Made by a program: the position numbers and the translations under genes. The notes under the pieces are model-generated. The model saw only the letters and a list, made by a program, of their open reading frames with translations. It did no database searches and was not told the origin of the DNA. From Hyalangium minutum (GTDB taxonomy: Bacteria; Myxococcota; Myxococcia; Myxococcales; Myxococcaceae), in assembly GCF_000737315.1 (NCBI RefSeq), contig NZ_JMCB01000003.1:20001-268000 (forward strand): DNA of 248,000 nt, read 5' to 3'. Positions 74,373 to 86,684 of the stretch are shown here, piece by piece. Within the stretch, counting starts at the first letter, position 1. The number at the start of each line of letters is the position of its first letter.

Positions 74373-75116
74373 TCAGAAGCGCCCGGCGAGTCCACCGAGG
74401 ACGCCGCCGTGAGGGGTGACGGTGGCCACTGGAATAACCATCGGCGTGAGGGCCCGGTCGCGTTGCCTTCGGGCGAGGGCCCGCGAGTGGGAGAGCTCGT
74501 AGCCGATCATGCCTCCGACAACAGGTCCGGCGATGAAGGGGATGACCGCCAACTCATCCGCGGAAGAGGCCAGGCCCAGAGCGAGAAGAGAGCCGATCAG
74601 GGTACCGATCGCCGCGCCGCCGGCGGTGGGCCAGTACTCGCCCTCGCCGTGCAGGAGACTTCCCGCGCCGGTGATGCCGAGGGCCGCTCCTCCCGCGAGC
74701 CCTGCCAGGCCGAGACCCAAGCCAAGGATGGCTCGGGAATCCTCTCCGCCGTTGCAGGCGTCATCGCAGAGGATCGCGCTGAAGATGAGGAGTCCTCCGG
74801 GGATGATGCCCACGGAAGCGCCGACGCTCCCTCCGACGAGCTCGAGGAGCAGCCGAGGCGCGGTGGGACTGGGGTCGGTGCCGGCGTACCAGTCGCGACG
74901 GATGATCTCGCCCCGAGACGCGTCCTCAGGGGAGGGCTCGAGGGAATCGCTCGGGGCCGCCTGAGGGCTGTCGGCAGGGGACTCGGGAGGCGCCGGGACG
75001 AGCGGAGGGGGTGTCACGTTGGGGACCGGTTGCTCGAGAGGAGCCGCGTTCTGGGCGAGTCCTGGCAGGGGGAGCAGGAGGCAGAACAGCAGCGGCGCGA
75101 GGCGAGCGGTCGGCAT
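74373..75116 (-). CDS. Myxobacterial secreted/membrane protein
   Basis: Signal peptide, Gly-rich TMs, C-terminal GGLAGRF; paralogue at 146296. Confidence 0.65.
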   Translation of the reverse strand: MPTARLAPLLFCLLLPLPGLAQNAAPLEQPVPNVTPPPLVPAPPESPADSPQAAPSDSLEPSPEDASRGEIIRRDWYAGTDPSPTAPRLLLELVGGSVGASVGIIPGGLLIFSAILCDDACNGGEDSRAILGLGLGLAGLAGGAALGITGAGSLLHGEGEYWPTAGGAAIGTLIGSLLALGLASSADELAVIPFIAGPVVGGMIGYELSHSRALARRQRDRALTPMVIPVATVTPHGGVLGGLAGRF

Positions 75117-75385
75117 GCCCCGCAGCGTAATGCCGTGGGAGTGGGAGCAGGAAGCTCAAGGCATGACAGAACCTGTCCGACAAGTAGACAGGTTCGTGGC
75201 GGCTCCGTCCGGCAGGCGCCGCTGTATCCTGGTGGGCACTGGGGCTGCGGGGTCCCTTGCGCTCATGGGGGTTGCAAGGCAACCTACAAGGTAGGGTCAG
75301 ACCCACGTGACCCAGGATGTCAGACCCGGACGGTAGACCCCTCCCCATGGAAACGGGGATGGGCGTTGGAGAGGATGAAGAGAGC

Positions 75386-75937
75386 ATGGGGCGCAAACCG
75401 GCCACGTACGCGGATCTGGAAGCGTTACCCGAGAACGTGGTGGGGGAGCTGATCGCTGGGGAGCTGTACGTCAGCCCTCGGCCAGCGTCGCGTCACGCCC
75501 GGGCCGCCTCTGTGCTGGGCGTCAAGCTAGGAGGCCCTTTTGACCTGCGAGATGGAGGTCCGGGAGGCTGGGGCATCCTCGACGAACCGGAACTTCACTT
75601 CGGGGAGGATGCGCTGGTGCCAGACTTGGCGGGCTGGAGGCGGGAACGGATGCCCGCGTTGCCGGACACCGCAGCCTTCGAGTTGGCACCGGATTGGGTG
75701 TGCGAGGTGCTCTCTCCGTCCACGGCCTCGCTGGATCGGACCATCAAACTCCCGGTGTATGCCCGTGAAGGGGTCAGCCATCTGTGGCTGGTGGACCCCA
75801 AGGCGCGCACGCTGGAGGTGCTCCGGCTCGACGGGGAGCGCTACACGCTCCTGGGCAAACACGAGGCAGGTGCCCGTGTTCGCGCGGAGCCCTTCGAGGC
75901 GCTCGAACTGGAGCTGGCCCCCCTCTGGGAGATGTAG
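75386..75937 (+). CDS. Uma2 family endonuclease
   Basis: GELIAGEL, LVPDLAGW, PDWVCEVLSPST. Confidence 0.9.
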   Translation: MGRKPATYADLEALPENVVGELIAGELYVSPRPASRHARAASVLGVKLGGPFDLRDGGPGGWGILDEPELHFGEDALVPDLAGWRRERMPALPDTAAFELAPDWVCEVLSPSTASLDRTIKLPVYAREGVSHLWLVDPKARTLEVLRLDGERYTLLGKHEAGARVRAEPFEALELELAPLWEM

Positions 75938-75974
75938 TCCCGAGGAGGGCTCCAGCGGCGCCCCGGTACCGCGG

Positions 75975-77816
75975 TTACGCCTCTTCGCGCTCCTCGCGCT
76001 TGCGGTCACGCTCGGCGCGGTAGCGCTCTCCGAACGCGAGCGACTTCTTGCGCAGGCGCACCGACTTGGGCGTCACCTCCACCAACTCGTCGTCCGCGAT
76101 CCACTCCAGCGCCTTCTCCAGCCCCATCTCGCGAGGCGGCGTGAGGATGACGTTCTCATCCCGGCCCGCGGCGCGGATGTTGGTCAGCTTCTTCTCGCGG
76201 CAGCAGTTGACGTTCAGCTCCGAGGGGTGGGCGTGCTCGCCGATGATCATCCCCTCGTACACCGTCACGCCCGCGCCCACGAACAGCGCCCCGCGCTCCT
76301 GGATGCTGAACAGCGCGTACGGCACCGTCTCGCCCAGGCGGTCGGACACCATCGCGCCGTTGCTCCGCTTCGGGATGTAGCCGAACCACGGCTCGTACCC
76401 GTCGAACTGGCTGCTCATGATGCCCTCACCGCGCGTAATGGTGAGGAACTCCGAGCGGAACCCAATCAGGCCGCGCGCCGGAATCCGGAACTGCAACCGC
76501 GTGCGGCCGGAGCCCAGCTGCGTCATGTCCACCATGCGCCCCTTGCGAGGCCCCAGCCGCTCGGTCACCGCGCCTACGCTGTTCTCGGGCACGTCGCACA
76601 CCAGCAGCTCCATGGGCTCGTGGACCTGTCCCTCGATCGTCTTCGTCAGCGGCTCCGGGTTCGAGGCCGTCAGCTCGTAGCCCTCGCGGCGCATCGTCTC
76701 GATGATGACCGCCAGCTGGAGCTCGCCACGCCCCACCACCCGGAACGCGTCCGGCGTCGCCGTGTCCTCCACGCGGATGGCCACGTTGCGGTAGGACTCG
76801 CGGTACAGGCGCTCGCGCAGGTTGCGGGAGGTGACGTACTTGCCCTCCTTGCCCGCCAGAGGCCCGTCGTTCACCCGGAAGATCATCATCATCGTGGGCT
76901 CTTCCACGGTGATGCGGGGCAGGGCCACCGGGTTCTCCGGATCGGAGATGGTGTCGCCGATCGAGATGTCCTCGATGCCCGCGATGGAGACGATCTCTCC
77001 CGGGCCGGCGTCCTGAATCTCCGTGCGCTTCAGGCCCTGGAAGCCGTACAGCTTGACGATCTTGCCCTTCTCGATCTTGCCACCCTCACGCACCACGGAC
77101 ACAGGCATGTTCGGCGTCAGCTTGCCGGCCAGGATGCGGCCCACCGCGAGGCGGCCCACGTAGTCGTCGTAGTCCAGGTTGGCCACCAGCAGCTGCGGCA
77201 CCGTCTGCTCGCTCTGGGGCGGGGGAGGGATGTGGCTCAGGATCGCCGCGAACAGCGGCTCCAGCGTCTTGCCCGGCACCTCCAGCTGCGTGGAGGCCTG
77301 ACCCTGGCGGGCGATCGTGTAGAGCACCGGCATCTCGAGCTGCGTGTCGTCCGCGCCCAGATCGATGTAGAGCGAGTACACGTGGTCCAGCACTTCCTTG
77401 GCCCGAGCGTCCTGCCGGTCGATCTTGTTGATGACCAGCACCGTCTTCAGGCCCATGGCCAGCGCCTTGCTGAGCACGAAGCGCGTCTGGGGCAGGGGGC
77501 CCTCGGCGGCGTCCACCAGGAGGATGACGCCATCCACCAGGCGCAGGCCGCGCTCCACCTCGCCGCCGAAGTCCGCGTGGCCCGGCGTGTCGATGATGTT
77601 GATCTGGGTTCCCTTGTAGGTAACGGCCGTGTTCTTCGCGAGGATGGTGATGCCCTTCTCGCGCTCGAGGTCGTTGGAGTCCATCACCCGCTCAACGACG
77701 GCTTCGTTGCTGCGGAAGATGCCCGCCTGGCGGAGCATGTGATCGACGAGGGTGGTCTTGCCATGGTCAACGTGGGCGACGATGGCGACGTTACGGATAT
77801 TTTCGCGAGCAATCAT
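75975..77816 (-). CDS. typA: Translational GTPase TypA/BipA
   Basis: [14 protein letters not shown]-like [20 protein letters not shown]. Confidence 0.96.
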   Translation of the reverse strand: MIARENIRNVAIVAHVDHGKTTLVDHMLRQAGIFRSNEAVVERVMDSNDLEREKGITILAKNTAVTYKGTQINIIDTPGHADFGGEVERGLRLVDGVILLVDAAEGPLPQTRFVLSKALAMGLKTVLVINKIDRQDARAKEVLDHVYSLYIDLGADDTQLEMPVLYTIARQGQASTQLEVPGKTLEPLFAAILSHIPPPPQSEQTVPQLLVANLDYDDYVGRLAVGRILAGKLTPNMPVSVVREGGKIEKGKIVKLYGFQGLKRTEIQDAGPGEIVSIAGIEDISIGDTISDPENPVALPRITVEEPTMMMIFRVNDGPLAGKEGKYVTSRNLRERLYRESYRNVAIRVEDTATPDAFRVVGRGELQLAVIIETMRREGYELTASNPEPLTKTIEGQVHEPMELLVCDVPENSVGAVTERLGPRKGRMVDMTQLGSGRTRLQFRIPARGLIGFRSEFLTITRGEGIMSSQFDGYEPWFGYIPKRSNGAMVSDRLGETVPYALFSIQERGALFVGAGVTVYEGMIIGEHAHPSELNVNCCREKKLTNIRAAGRDENVILTPPREMGLEKALEWIADDELVEVTPKSVRLRKKSLAFGERYRAERDRKREEREEA

Positions 77817-77986
77817 ACGGACAAAGACTCGAAGCTGAAGGGCAGGGCATTCAGTGGAACAGGTTCACCCTGAATCCCACCGGAACGCACGAGGCGGGGG
77901 CTTATATGCCGCAGCCCCCTCGTCCGCAATGAACGCCGGTCGCTTTGTGCCCCTCGTATCCGCTCCGAGCGGAACTGCTGGGCTGC

Positions 77987-78916
77987 TTACCGGGGCGGAG
78001 TGCCTTCCCCTGAGGGGAGGCGGGGCGGCGGCGGAGCGAGGTGGATGCCCAGCCGGTCGCGCAGGAAGCGCTCGACGCGGAGCTCGACCAGCTCCTTGTA
78101 CTCCAGGGGAGCGGTGTGGGTCCCCAGCGGCACCAGCATCAGCTCGGCGCCGGGGATGCGCTCGGCCATCTTCCGGGAGAGCCGGGCCGGGGTGAACTTG
78201 TCCTTCTCGCCCGCGATGATGAGCGTGGGTACGTCCACGTGGGGCAGATGGTCCCACGCCGTGTGGTTCGCCATGGAGTCCAGCGTCCGGACGAAGACCA
78301 CCGGGTCCATCTTGGCCAGGTGCTCGAAGTAGGGGGCGAAGTCCTCGCGGGACAGCAGATCCCGGTTCACCTCCACCGTGAGGGCCACCTGCATGGCCAA
78401 CTCCGTGCTCAGCAGCGAGTGCACCAGCTTGCCTGCCCGCTCGGGGTACTTCTCCACGAGGTGCCGGATGAGGGGGAAGACGCGCTTGAGGTACGTGGAG
78501 TCGTGGAAGGTGTCGAGCGGGTTGCCGTAGCTGCCGCAGATGAGCACCAGCCCCCGGACGCGGTGCGCGTAGCGGCGGTGGAACTCCAGCGCCACCTGCA
78601 CACCGATGGAGTGTCCGAAGATGACCCCTTGCTTTACCGCGGCCGCGTCCATCACCCGGTCGAGGTCCTCGCAGGTGTAGAGCATGCCGAAGCGGGAGCG
78701 ATCCTGCGGAATCCCCGAGCGGCCATGCCCCCGGTAGTGCCAGCGCAGCACCCGGTGGTCCCGGGCCAGGTAGGGCGTGAGGTACTTCCACGCGAACCCG
78801 TCACAGCCCAGCCCATCGCACAGCACCATGCCGGGCTCGCCGTCGCCGAGCACCTGGAAGTACAGCCCGGCCCCGTCGGGCACCTGGAGGTAGTCCTGCC
78901 GGAAGTAGTGGCTCAT
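77987..78916 (-). CDS. Alpha/beta hydrolase
   Basis: GHSIG nucleophile elbow, GEKD, GTH. Confidence 0.88.
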   Translation of the reverse strand: MSHYFRQDYLQVPDGAGLYFQVLGDGEPGMVLCDGLGCDGFAWKYLTPYLARDHRVLRWHYRGHGRSGIPQDRSRFGMLYTCEDLDRVMDAAAVKQGVIFGHSIGVQVALEFHRRYAHRVRGLVLICGSYGNPLDTFHDSTYLKRVFPLIRHLVEKYPERAGKLVHSLLSTELAMQVALTVEVNRDLLSREDFAPYFEHLAKMDPVVFVRTLDSMANHTAWDHLPHVDVPTLIIAGEKDKFTPARLSRKMAERIPGAELMLVPLGTHTAPLEYKELVELRVERFLRDRLGIHLAPPPPRLPSGEGTPPR

Positions 78917-78919
78917 GGC

Positions 78920-80506
<1,587 letters not shown>

Positions 80507-80611
80507 TCCTCGCGCCCATGTCCCGGGGCAGGACAGCTCGACACATCCCGGTGTCCGATTTTCAGCCGATGCTCATATACTGAGCCAAGGTCGCTGTCTC
80601 AGGGTTCTCCC

Positions 80612-81649
80612 GTGACTACATCGGCGCATACAGAGCGTGGATCGAGGCGAGCCCACAGCGCGAGCCATGGGCACGGCCATGACCATGGGCACGATCACGG
80701 CCATGGCCACGGGCACGATCATGGACATGGCCACGGCCATGGGCCTGGTGGGCCCCCTCGGAGGCCGACCAACCTGGCCGATGAGCGGCGCAAGGATCGG
80801 AATCGGCTGATCTTCGCGCTGATCCTCACGGCCACCATCGCGCTGGCCGAGGCGGTGGGCGGCTTCCTGACGAACTCGCTGGCGTTGATGTCCGACGCCG
80901 GCCACATGCTGACGGACGTATCCGCGCTGGCACTGAGCCTGCTGGCGCTGTGGTTCTCCGGCAAGCCGGCCAACCTCAAGAAGACGTACGGCTACTACCG
81001 GATGGAGATCCTCAGCGCGCTGCTCAACGGCGTGCTGCTGCTGGGGATTACGGTGGTGATCCTCTTGGAGGCCTGGGAGCGCTTCCGCTCTCCGGCGCCG
81101 GTGAACCTGGGGCCCATGGCGGTGGTGGCCCTGGTGGGCTTGGTGGCCAACCTGGCCGCGCTGGGCTTCCTGCACCGGACGCACTCGCTCAACGTGCGTG
81201 GGGCGTTCCTGCACGTGCTGGGGGATGCGCTGTCCAGCGTGGGCGTGCTCCTGGGCGCGGGGATCATGGCCCTGACGGGCTGGTACGTGGTGGACTCCCT
81301 CATCTCCGCCCTCATCTCGGTGGTGATCGTCGTGGGCGCCATCCGCCTGGTGCGCGACGCGGTGGACGTGTTGCTGGAGGCCGTGCCCGCCCACGTGGAC
81401 ATGGAGGCCGTGAAGAATCTGTTGATGCGGGTGCAGGGCGTGACGGCGGTGCACGATCTGCACGTGTGGACCATCTCCAGCGGGCTCTACGCACTGTCGG
81501 TGCACCTGGTGGTGGCCAACGCCCTGGCCTGCAACAACGACGAGATCCTCTCGGCGGTGAAGCACGAGCTGTTCGATCGGTATGGCATCGATCACACGAC
81601 CATCCAGATCGAGAGCGAGACGTACGCCCACTTGGGCGAGGTGCACTGA
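80612..81649 (+). CDS. Cation diffusion facilitator (CzcD/ZitB-like) with His-rich N-terminus
   Basis: (HG/HD)n tract, SDAGHMLTD, AFLHVLGD, HDLHVW. Confidence 0.9.
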   Translation: MTTSAHTERGSRRAHSASHGHGHDHGHDHGHGHGHDHGHGHGHGPGGPPRRPTNLADERRKDRNRLIFALILTATIALAEAVGGFLTNSLALMSDAGHMLTDVSALALSLLALWFSGKPANLKKTYGYYRMEILSALLNGVLLLGITVVILLEAWERFRSPAPVNLGPMAVVALVGLVANLAALGFLHRTHSLNVRGAFLHVLGDALSSVGVLLGAGIMALTGWYVVDSLISALISVVIVVGAIRLVRDAVDVLLEAVPAHVDMEAVKNLLMRVQGVTAVHDLHVWTISSGLYALSVHLVVANALACNNDEILSAVKHELFDRYGIDHTTIQIESETYAHLGEVH

Positions 81650-81733
81650 GGGGCCTGCGCGGCGGCCGGGAGACGACGCTCCGTGAGGAGTTGTCTTGCG
81701 TGGGCCGGAGAGTCGGACCATCCTCGGCGGCCC

Positions 81734-82777
81734 ATGAGTGTGCTGGACAAGGTGCTGTCGTTGCGGCCGGCGAACGCGGTGTCCCGGCTGGGACCTGGGT
81801 CCCGGCTGCCGCTGCTCAGCCCGATGGAACTGCTCCGCGCGATGGAGGGCTCTCCGGCAGCCCTGCCATGCGTGCCCGTGCGTGCCAAGGCGGCCATTCC
81901 GGGGCTGCTGACGGCGGCCCGGGCGGAGGACTCGGTGCTGGGGCTGGCGTGCTCCCACCCCCTGGCGGATCGCGGCGCCACGGAGCGCTTCCTGTCCGCC
82001 GTGAGGACCTCCGCGGCCGACTCCGAGCACGCGCGCCCCCTGTTCCTCCAGGCCGGGCCCGTACGCGTGGCCAAGCCCAAGCCGGAGGGCTTGGCGGTGC
82101 AGCAGGAAGCCATCTTCCGCCTGGTGGACGATGGGTTCACCCTCATCTCGCTGGACGTGTCCAAGCTGGATGCCGCCTCGGCCGTCGAGGTGATCCGCTC
82201 GCTGGCGGGCCCGCTGCGGGAGCGGGAACTGCCCATGGAGCTGACCCTGCCCGCGCGCCCACGAGAGGGCACCAGCGTGACGGACACGGCGCGCCCCATG
82301 CTGGAGGGCCTGCGCAAGGCCGGGATTCCGGTGGGCTTCCTCCGGGTGCCCGCGGCGGAGTTCGGCGAGGAGGACCTGGACGTGGGGCTGCTGCACCTCC
82401 TGGTGGAGCTGGCCACGAAGTTCGGTGTGAGCGTGACGGTGGCGGAGGTGACGGAGCGCTCCCTGCGTTCGCTGCCCACGTTCGTGGCGGCTGGGGTGCG
82501 CAAGGTGGACTGCGCCGCGCCCTTCGAGCGGCTCTCGCTGGCCGCGTGGCCGGCGGAGGCGCGGACCTTGCTGGAGCAGAAGGCGGGGGCCGCCGGAATG
82601 GCCCCGGGCGAACTGCTCGGGCTGCTCGAGGAGCAGTTCCCGGCGTTGGAGACCTCCGCGCGCGAGCGGCTGGAGGCCCTGTCCTTCACCGAGGCCACCG
82701 AGATGATCTCCCTGCTGGGCGCATCCAGGACGGGCTGGCGCTCCATGGTGTGGCTGGCCGAGAACCGGGGCGACTGA
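81734..82777 (+). CDS. Hypothetical TIM-barrel-like protein
   Basis: Aldolase class II-like pattern without clear catalytic residues. Confidence 0.55.
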   Translation: MSVLDKVLSLRPANAVSRLGPGSRLPLLSPMELLRAMEGSPAALPCVPVRAKAAIPGLLTAARAEDSVLGLACSHPLADRGATERFLSAVRTSAADSEHARPLFLQAGPVRVAKPKPEGLAVQQEAIFRLVDDGFTLISLDVSKLDAASAVEVIRSLAGPLRERELPMELTLPARPREGTSVTDTARPMLEGLRKAGIPVGFLRVPAAEFGEEDLDVGLLHLLVELATKFGVSVTVAEVTERSLRSLPTFVAAGVRKVDCAAPFERLSLAAWPAEARTLLEQKAGAAGMAPGELLGLLEEQFPALETSARERLEALSFTEATEMISLLGASRTGWRSMVWLAENRGD

Positions 82778-82780
82778 CAC

Positions 82781-83338
82781 ATGCGGATCGTCGCGGGCAG
82801 TGCGAAGGGCCGAGCGCTCCAAGGGCCCAAGTCCACCTCTCGGCACATCCGCCCCACGGCGGATCGGGTGCGGGAGACGCTCTTCAACGTGCTCGGCCAG
82901 TGGCTGGAGGGGCAGTCCGTGCTGGACCTCTACGCGGGCACGGGGGCGCTGGCGCTGGAGGCCCTCTCGCGCGGGGCGGGCCGGGCGGTGCTGGTGGACT
83001 CGGATCGCGAGGCGCTGGCGCTGTGCCGGCAGAACACGGACGCGCTGGGGTTCTCCACCCAGGTGGAGATCCTGGGCCAGCCGGTGGCCCGGGCGGTGGA
83101 GGCGCTGGCCAAGCGCGGGGAGCGCTTCGAGCTCATCTTCGCGGACCCGCCCTATGCGGCCCGGGTGGTGGAGTCGGTGCTGGAGCAGGTGGAGCAGGGC
83201 CGGCTGCTCATCCCCGGGGGCATGCTCATCATCGAGCATGACAAGCGCGAGGCTGCCCCGGAGGCCCACTCCGGGTTTTCCCGAGTCGACCAGCGCCGGT
83301 TCGGGGACACGCTGGTGAGCTTCTACCGCATTCCTTGA
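82781..83338 (+). CDS. rsmD: 16S rRNA m2G966 methyltransferase
   Basis: MRIVAG, RPTADRVRE, LDLYAGTG, DPPY. Confidence 0.93.
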   Translation: MRIVAGSAKGRALQGPKSTSRHIRPTADRVRETLFNVLGQWLEGQSVLDLYAGTGALALEALSRGAGRAVLVDSDREALALCRQNTDALGFSTQVEILGQPVARAVEALAKRGERFELIFADPPYAARVVESVLEQVEQGRLLIPGGMLIIEHDKREAAPEAHSGFSRVDQRRFGDTLVSFYRIP

Positions 83339-83371
83339 CCGTCCCGTGGGGCGGGTTGAGACTCCATTGCC

Positions 83372-83854
83372 ATGCCGGTGGCCATCTATCCAGGTTCCTT
83401 CGATCCGCTCACCAACGGGCACCTCAGCCTCATCCAGCGCGGCCTCCAGATGTTCGATCGGGTGATCGTGGCCATCGCGGTCAACCCGAAGAAGACGCCG
83501 CTCTTCACGCTGGAGGAGCGCCGGGCGCTCATCCGCCAGGCCTGCCCGGATCCTCGGGTGGAGGTGGACGCCTTCCAGGGCCTGTTGGTGGAGTACGCCA
83601 AGCAGCGCCAGGTGAACGTGCTGCTGCGCGGGCTCCGGGCGGTCTCGGACTTCGAGTACGAGTTCCAGCTGGCCAACATGAACCGCAAGCTGGCCCCCGG
83701 CATCGAGACGGTCTTCATGATGACAGGTGAGGACTACTTCTACATTTCGTCACAGCTCGTTCGGGAAGTGGCCATGTTTGGCGGGGATGTGACGGGGATG
83801 GTGCCGGACGGGGTGCTGGCGAAGCTGAAGGAGAAGTTCGCCCGGAAGCCCTGA
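83372..83854 (+). CDS. coaD: Phosphopantetheine adenylyltransferase
   Basis: [24 protein letters not shown]. Confidence 0.96.
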   Translation: MPVAIYPGSFDPLTNGHLSLIQRGLQMFDRVIVAIAVNPKKTPLFTLEERRALIRQACPDPRVEVDAFQGLLVEYAKQRQVNVLLRGLRAVSDFEYEFQLANMNRKLAPGIETVFMMTGEDYFYISSQLVREVAMFGGDVTGMVPDGVLAKLKEKFARKP

Positions 83855-83905
83855 AGTCGCTGTAGTGCTTGTCCGGGGCATGTCACTCGGGGTAGCAACC
83901 CGGAC

Positions 83906-85096
83906 ATGCAATTGGCACAGCGCATCAAAGCCATCAAGCCGTCGCCCACCCTGGCCCTCAACGCCCGCGCCAAGGCGCTGGCTGCCCAGGGCGTGGACGT
84001 CGCGGGGTTCGTCGCGGGCGAGCCGGACTTCGACACCCCCGAGTTCATCAAGCAGGCGGCCATCGACTCCCTGAAGGCGGGCTTCACCAAGTACACCCCC
84101 ACGGCGGGCATCCCGGAGCTGCGCGAGGCCATCTGCGCCAAGCTGCAGCGGGACAACCAGCTGACGTACGCGCCGGATCAGGTGCTGGTGTCGGTGGGGG
84201 CCAAGCACTCGCTCTACAACATCTTCCAGGCGCTGCTGAACGAGGGGGATGAGGTCATCATCTTCACGCCGTACTGGGTGAGCTACCCGGACATGGTGAT
84301 GCTGGCGGGCGGCAAGCCGGTCATCCTGCAGACGCAGGAGGAGAACGGCTACGCGCCGGATCCCGAGGCGCTGAAGCGCGCGCTCACGCCCCGCACGCGG
84401 GCGGTGATCATCAACAGCCCGAGCAACCCGACGGGCGCGGTGTACTCGCGCGCGGCGCTGGAGGGGATTGCGGCGGCGGTGAAGGACCACGACTGCCTGA
84501 TCGTCAGCGACGACATCTACGAGAAGCTGCTGTACCAGGGGCAGTTCCTGAACATCGCCAACGTGGCGCCGGAGCTGTTCCCGCGGCTGGTCGTGGTCAA
84601 TGGCATGAGTAAGGCGTACTCGATGACGGGCTGGCGCCTGGGGTACGCAGCGGGGCCGAAGCCGCTGATCGCCGGCATGCAGATGATCCAAGACCAGTCG
84701 ACGTCGAACCCGAACTCCATCACGCAGAAGGCGGGGGTGGCGGCGCTGAAGGGGCCCACGGAGTTCCTCACGAAGATGGTGGACGAGTTCCGGGCGCGGC
84801 GGGAGCTGATCGTCTCGGGGCTGAACGCGCTGGACGGAGTGAAGTGCCGCACGCCCGAGGGCGCCTTCTACGTGTTCCCGGACGTGCGCGGCCTGCTGCA
84901 GCGCCAGTACAAGGGCGCGCCGCTGGGCACCTCGTCGCGGATCTCCGAGGCGCTGCTGGATGACTTCCGGGTGGCGGTGATGCCCGGGGCGCCGTTCGGG
85001 GCGGAGGGCTACCTGCGCCTGAGCTTCGCCACCTCGCGCGAGGTGATCCAGAAGGGCCTGAGCCGGATGAAGGACTTCGTCGCGGCGCTGAGCTGA
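83906..85096 (+). CDS. Class I/II aminotransferase (aspartate aminotransferase-like)
   Basis: GEPDF, NSPSNPTG, DDIY, SKAYSMTGWRLG. Confidence 0.93.
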   Translation: MQLAQRIKAIKPSPTLALNARAKALAAQGVDVAGFVAGEPDFDTPEFIKQAAIDSLKAGFTKYTPTAGIPELREAICAKLQRDNQLTYAPDQVLVSVGAKHSLYNIFQALLNEGDEVIIFTPYWVSYPDMVMLAGGKPVILQTQEENGYAPDPEALKRALTPRTRAVIINSPSNPTGAVYSRAALEGIAAAVKDHDCLIVSDDIYEKLLYQGQFLNIANVAPELFPRLVVVNGMSKAYSMTGWRLGYAAGPKPLIAGMQMIQDQSTSNPNSITQKAGVAALKGPTEFLTKMVDEFRARRELIVSGLNALDGVKCRTPEGAFYVFPDVRGLLQRQYKGAPLGTSSRISEALLDDFRVAVMPGAPFGAEGYLRLSFATSREVIQKGLSRMKDFVAALS

Positions 85097-85145
85097 ACTG
85101 AGCAGGGCTGAGGCCGCCCATGACGTGGGTGGCCTCACCTGGCGG

Positions 85146-85604
85146 CTACGCAGCAGACAGCTGGTCGATGGCTCGGACCCAGTGGTTCACGAGCTTCACG
85201 AGTCCAGCCTTGTGCTCCTGGATCTCGGCCATGCTGCGGAACCGGGCCATGCGCCGGTCCTTGTAGTCACCCTCGAGGAAGCCGAACCGATCCGCCGGCA
85301 TCGTACCCTGCGGGAAGACGAAGACGACGTGCACGCAGTCCCTCGGGCGCAGATGAAAGGCCGCGAGGTCCTGCTGGTAGTAGAAACTCGGCGCGTTCCA
85401 CTTCACGCGCTCAGCGATCTTCCGGTTCGCTCCCAGGATGAGCTCCCGCACGGCTTCGATCTCGGCCTTCAGCGGGTGCTCCAGCTGCTTCAGGTACTCG
85501 GCCACCTCTTCCGGTCCGCTCTTCTTCGGAGCGGAAGCCTTGGTCTTCTTGGCCGGAGCTTTCTTGGCCGAAGCCTTCTTCGCTTGCGTCTTTCGTGCGG
85601 CCAC
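85146..85604 (-). CDS. DUF1801 domain protein
   Basis: ERVKWNAPSF, GDYKDRR. Confidence 0.8.
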   Translation of the reverse strand: MAARKTQAKKASAKKAPAKKTKASAPKKSGPEEVAEYLKQLEHPLKAEIEAVRELILGANRKIAERVKWNAPSFYYQQDLAAFHLRPRDCVHVVFVFPQGTMPADRFGFLEGDYKDRRMARFRSMAEIQEHKAGLVKLVNHWVRAIDQLSAA

Positions 85605-85626
85605 AAGGGCTCCTTCGGTGTTGCGC

Positions 85627-86526
85627 TCAGTTGCCCGGGGCGTCGAAGAGCTGGTCGAAGTCCGCCTGCCTCATCCGGATCGTGAGCGGACGGTAGCTCA
85701 CACCACCATAGGTGCAGTTTGAATAGAACCAGGGCTCGAGCCCGAGCACGCAGACATTCGAGCACCGGCCGACGAATCGCAGCGGGGCACACTGGTTGGA
85801 TGAGTTCGAGCCAGAGCCCAGCGCGCCGCACGCCCGGGTGAGGTACTCGCCCTCGTTGTTGACGGGCCGGTCGACGCCGAAGAACAGGCTGTTGGGCACG
85901 AAGAGGTTCCCGAAGAAGCAGGCCTCCCGAACCGGGTAGGACGTCAGCTCCCCGAAGGTATAGGGAATGGCGTTGCCCCAGGCGTTCCAGCCCAGGACGG
86001 AGATGTTCACGTTCCTTCCGTACCGGTTGACGTGCGCCAACAGGCAGGCCGTGATGAGCTGCTGCTCGTTGTAGTTGATCGCGCTGCCGCTGGCCCAGTC
86101 CGGCGCCAGTCCCAGTCCTCCTGTCCACGCATACGTCCTCCCTCCCTGGTGGCGGTACGTGCGGGTCTGCCCCGTGGGCACGGCGCAGCGGACCACATAG
86201 GTCATCAGCATGTCGGCGGCCGCCGGATCCTGGCTGAACCACTGGATGAACGCTGAGCTGGAGAACCCGCCCACGGACAGCCCGTTGAGGGGCAACCCGT
86301 TGAGGGACAGCCCGTTGGCCGACAGCCCGTTGGCCGACAAGCCATTGAAGGAGTTGAGTTCCTGGGCCTGGCTGTCCAACGGCAGCGGCTCCGCGGGCGG
86401 CTCCGAGGGATCACAGCCTGAAGCGCTCGCACACACGCACAGCAACGTGAGCCAACACCGGGCTCGTTGCTTCACCTCCACCCAGGCAAGGGGGGAGTGA
86501 GCTTCCGCCATCGGAGCGTTCTTCAT
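85627..86526 (-). CDS. Lipoprotein with NGLxx pentapeptide repeats
   Basis: NGLSANGLSANGLSLNGLPLNGLS; YVVRCA..LGLAPDW..CLLAHVN. Confidence 0.75.
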   Translation of the reverse strand: MKNAPMAEAHSPLAWVEVKQRARCWLTLLCVCASASGCDPSEPPAEPLPLDSQAQELNSFNGLSANGLSANGLSLNGLPLNGLSVGGFSSSAFIQWFSQDPAAADMLMTYVVRCAVPTGQTRTYRHQGGRTYAWTGGLGLAPDWASGSAINYNEQQLITACLLAHVNRYGRNVNISVLGWNAWGNAIPYTFGELTSYPVREACFFGNLFVPNSLFFGVDRPVNNEGEYLTRACGALGSGSNSSNQCAPLRFVGRCSNVCVLGLEPWFYSNCTYGGVSYRPLTIRMRQADFDQLFDAPGN

Positions 86527-86684
86527 GGGAGTCTCCTGCCCAGAGAGGGGTGGTCAGGGGGGTCTGGGTAGTCTGACTAATACGCATTACCGGGCCGCCT
86601 GGCTCCCCACCCCCAGCGTGAGCACGTGGGGTAGTGCACAGCCAGAAACCCATGCGTCCAGTGGCGGATAGTCACCTCCGCCGA

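Noticed and set aside
75386-75937. Uma2 nucleases (also 124791-125606) as a restriction-modification system
   Set aside because: No methyltransferase is nearby; this family is widely expanded as singletons in myxobacteria.
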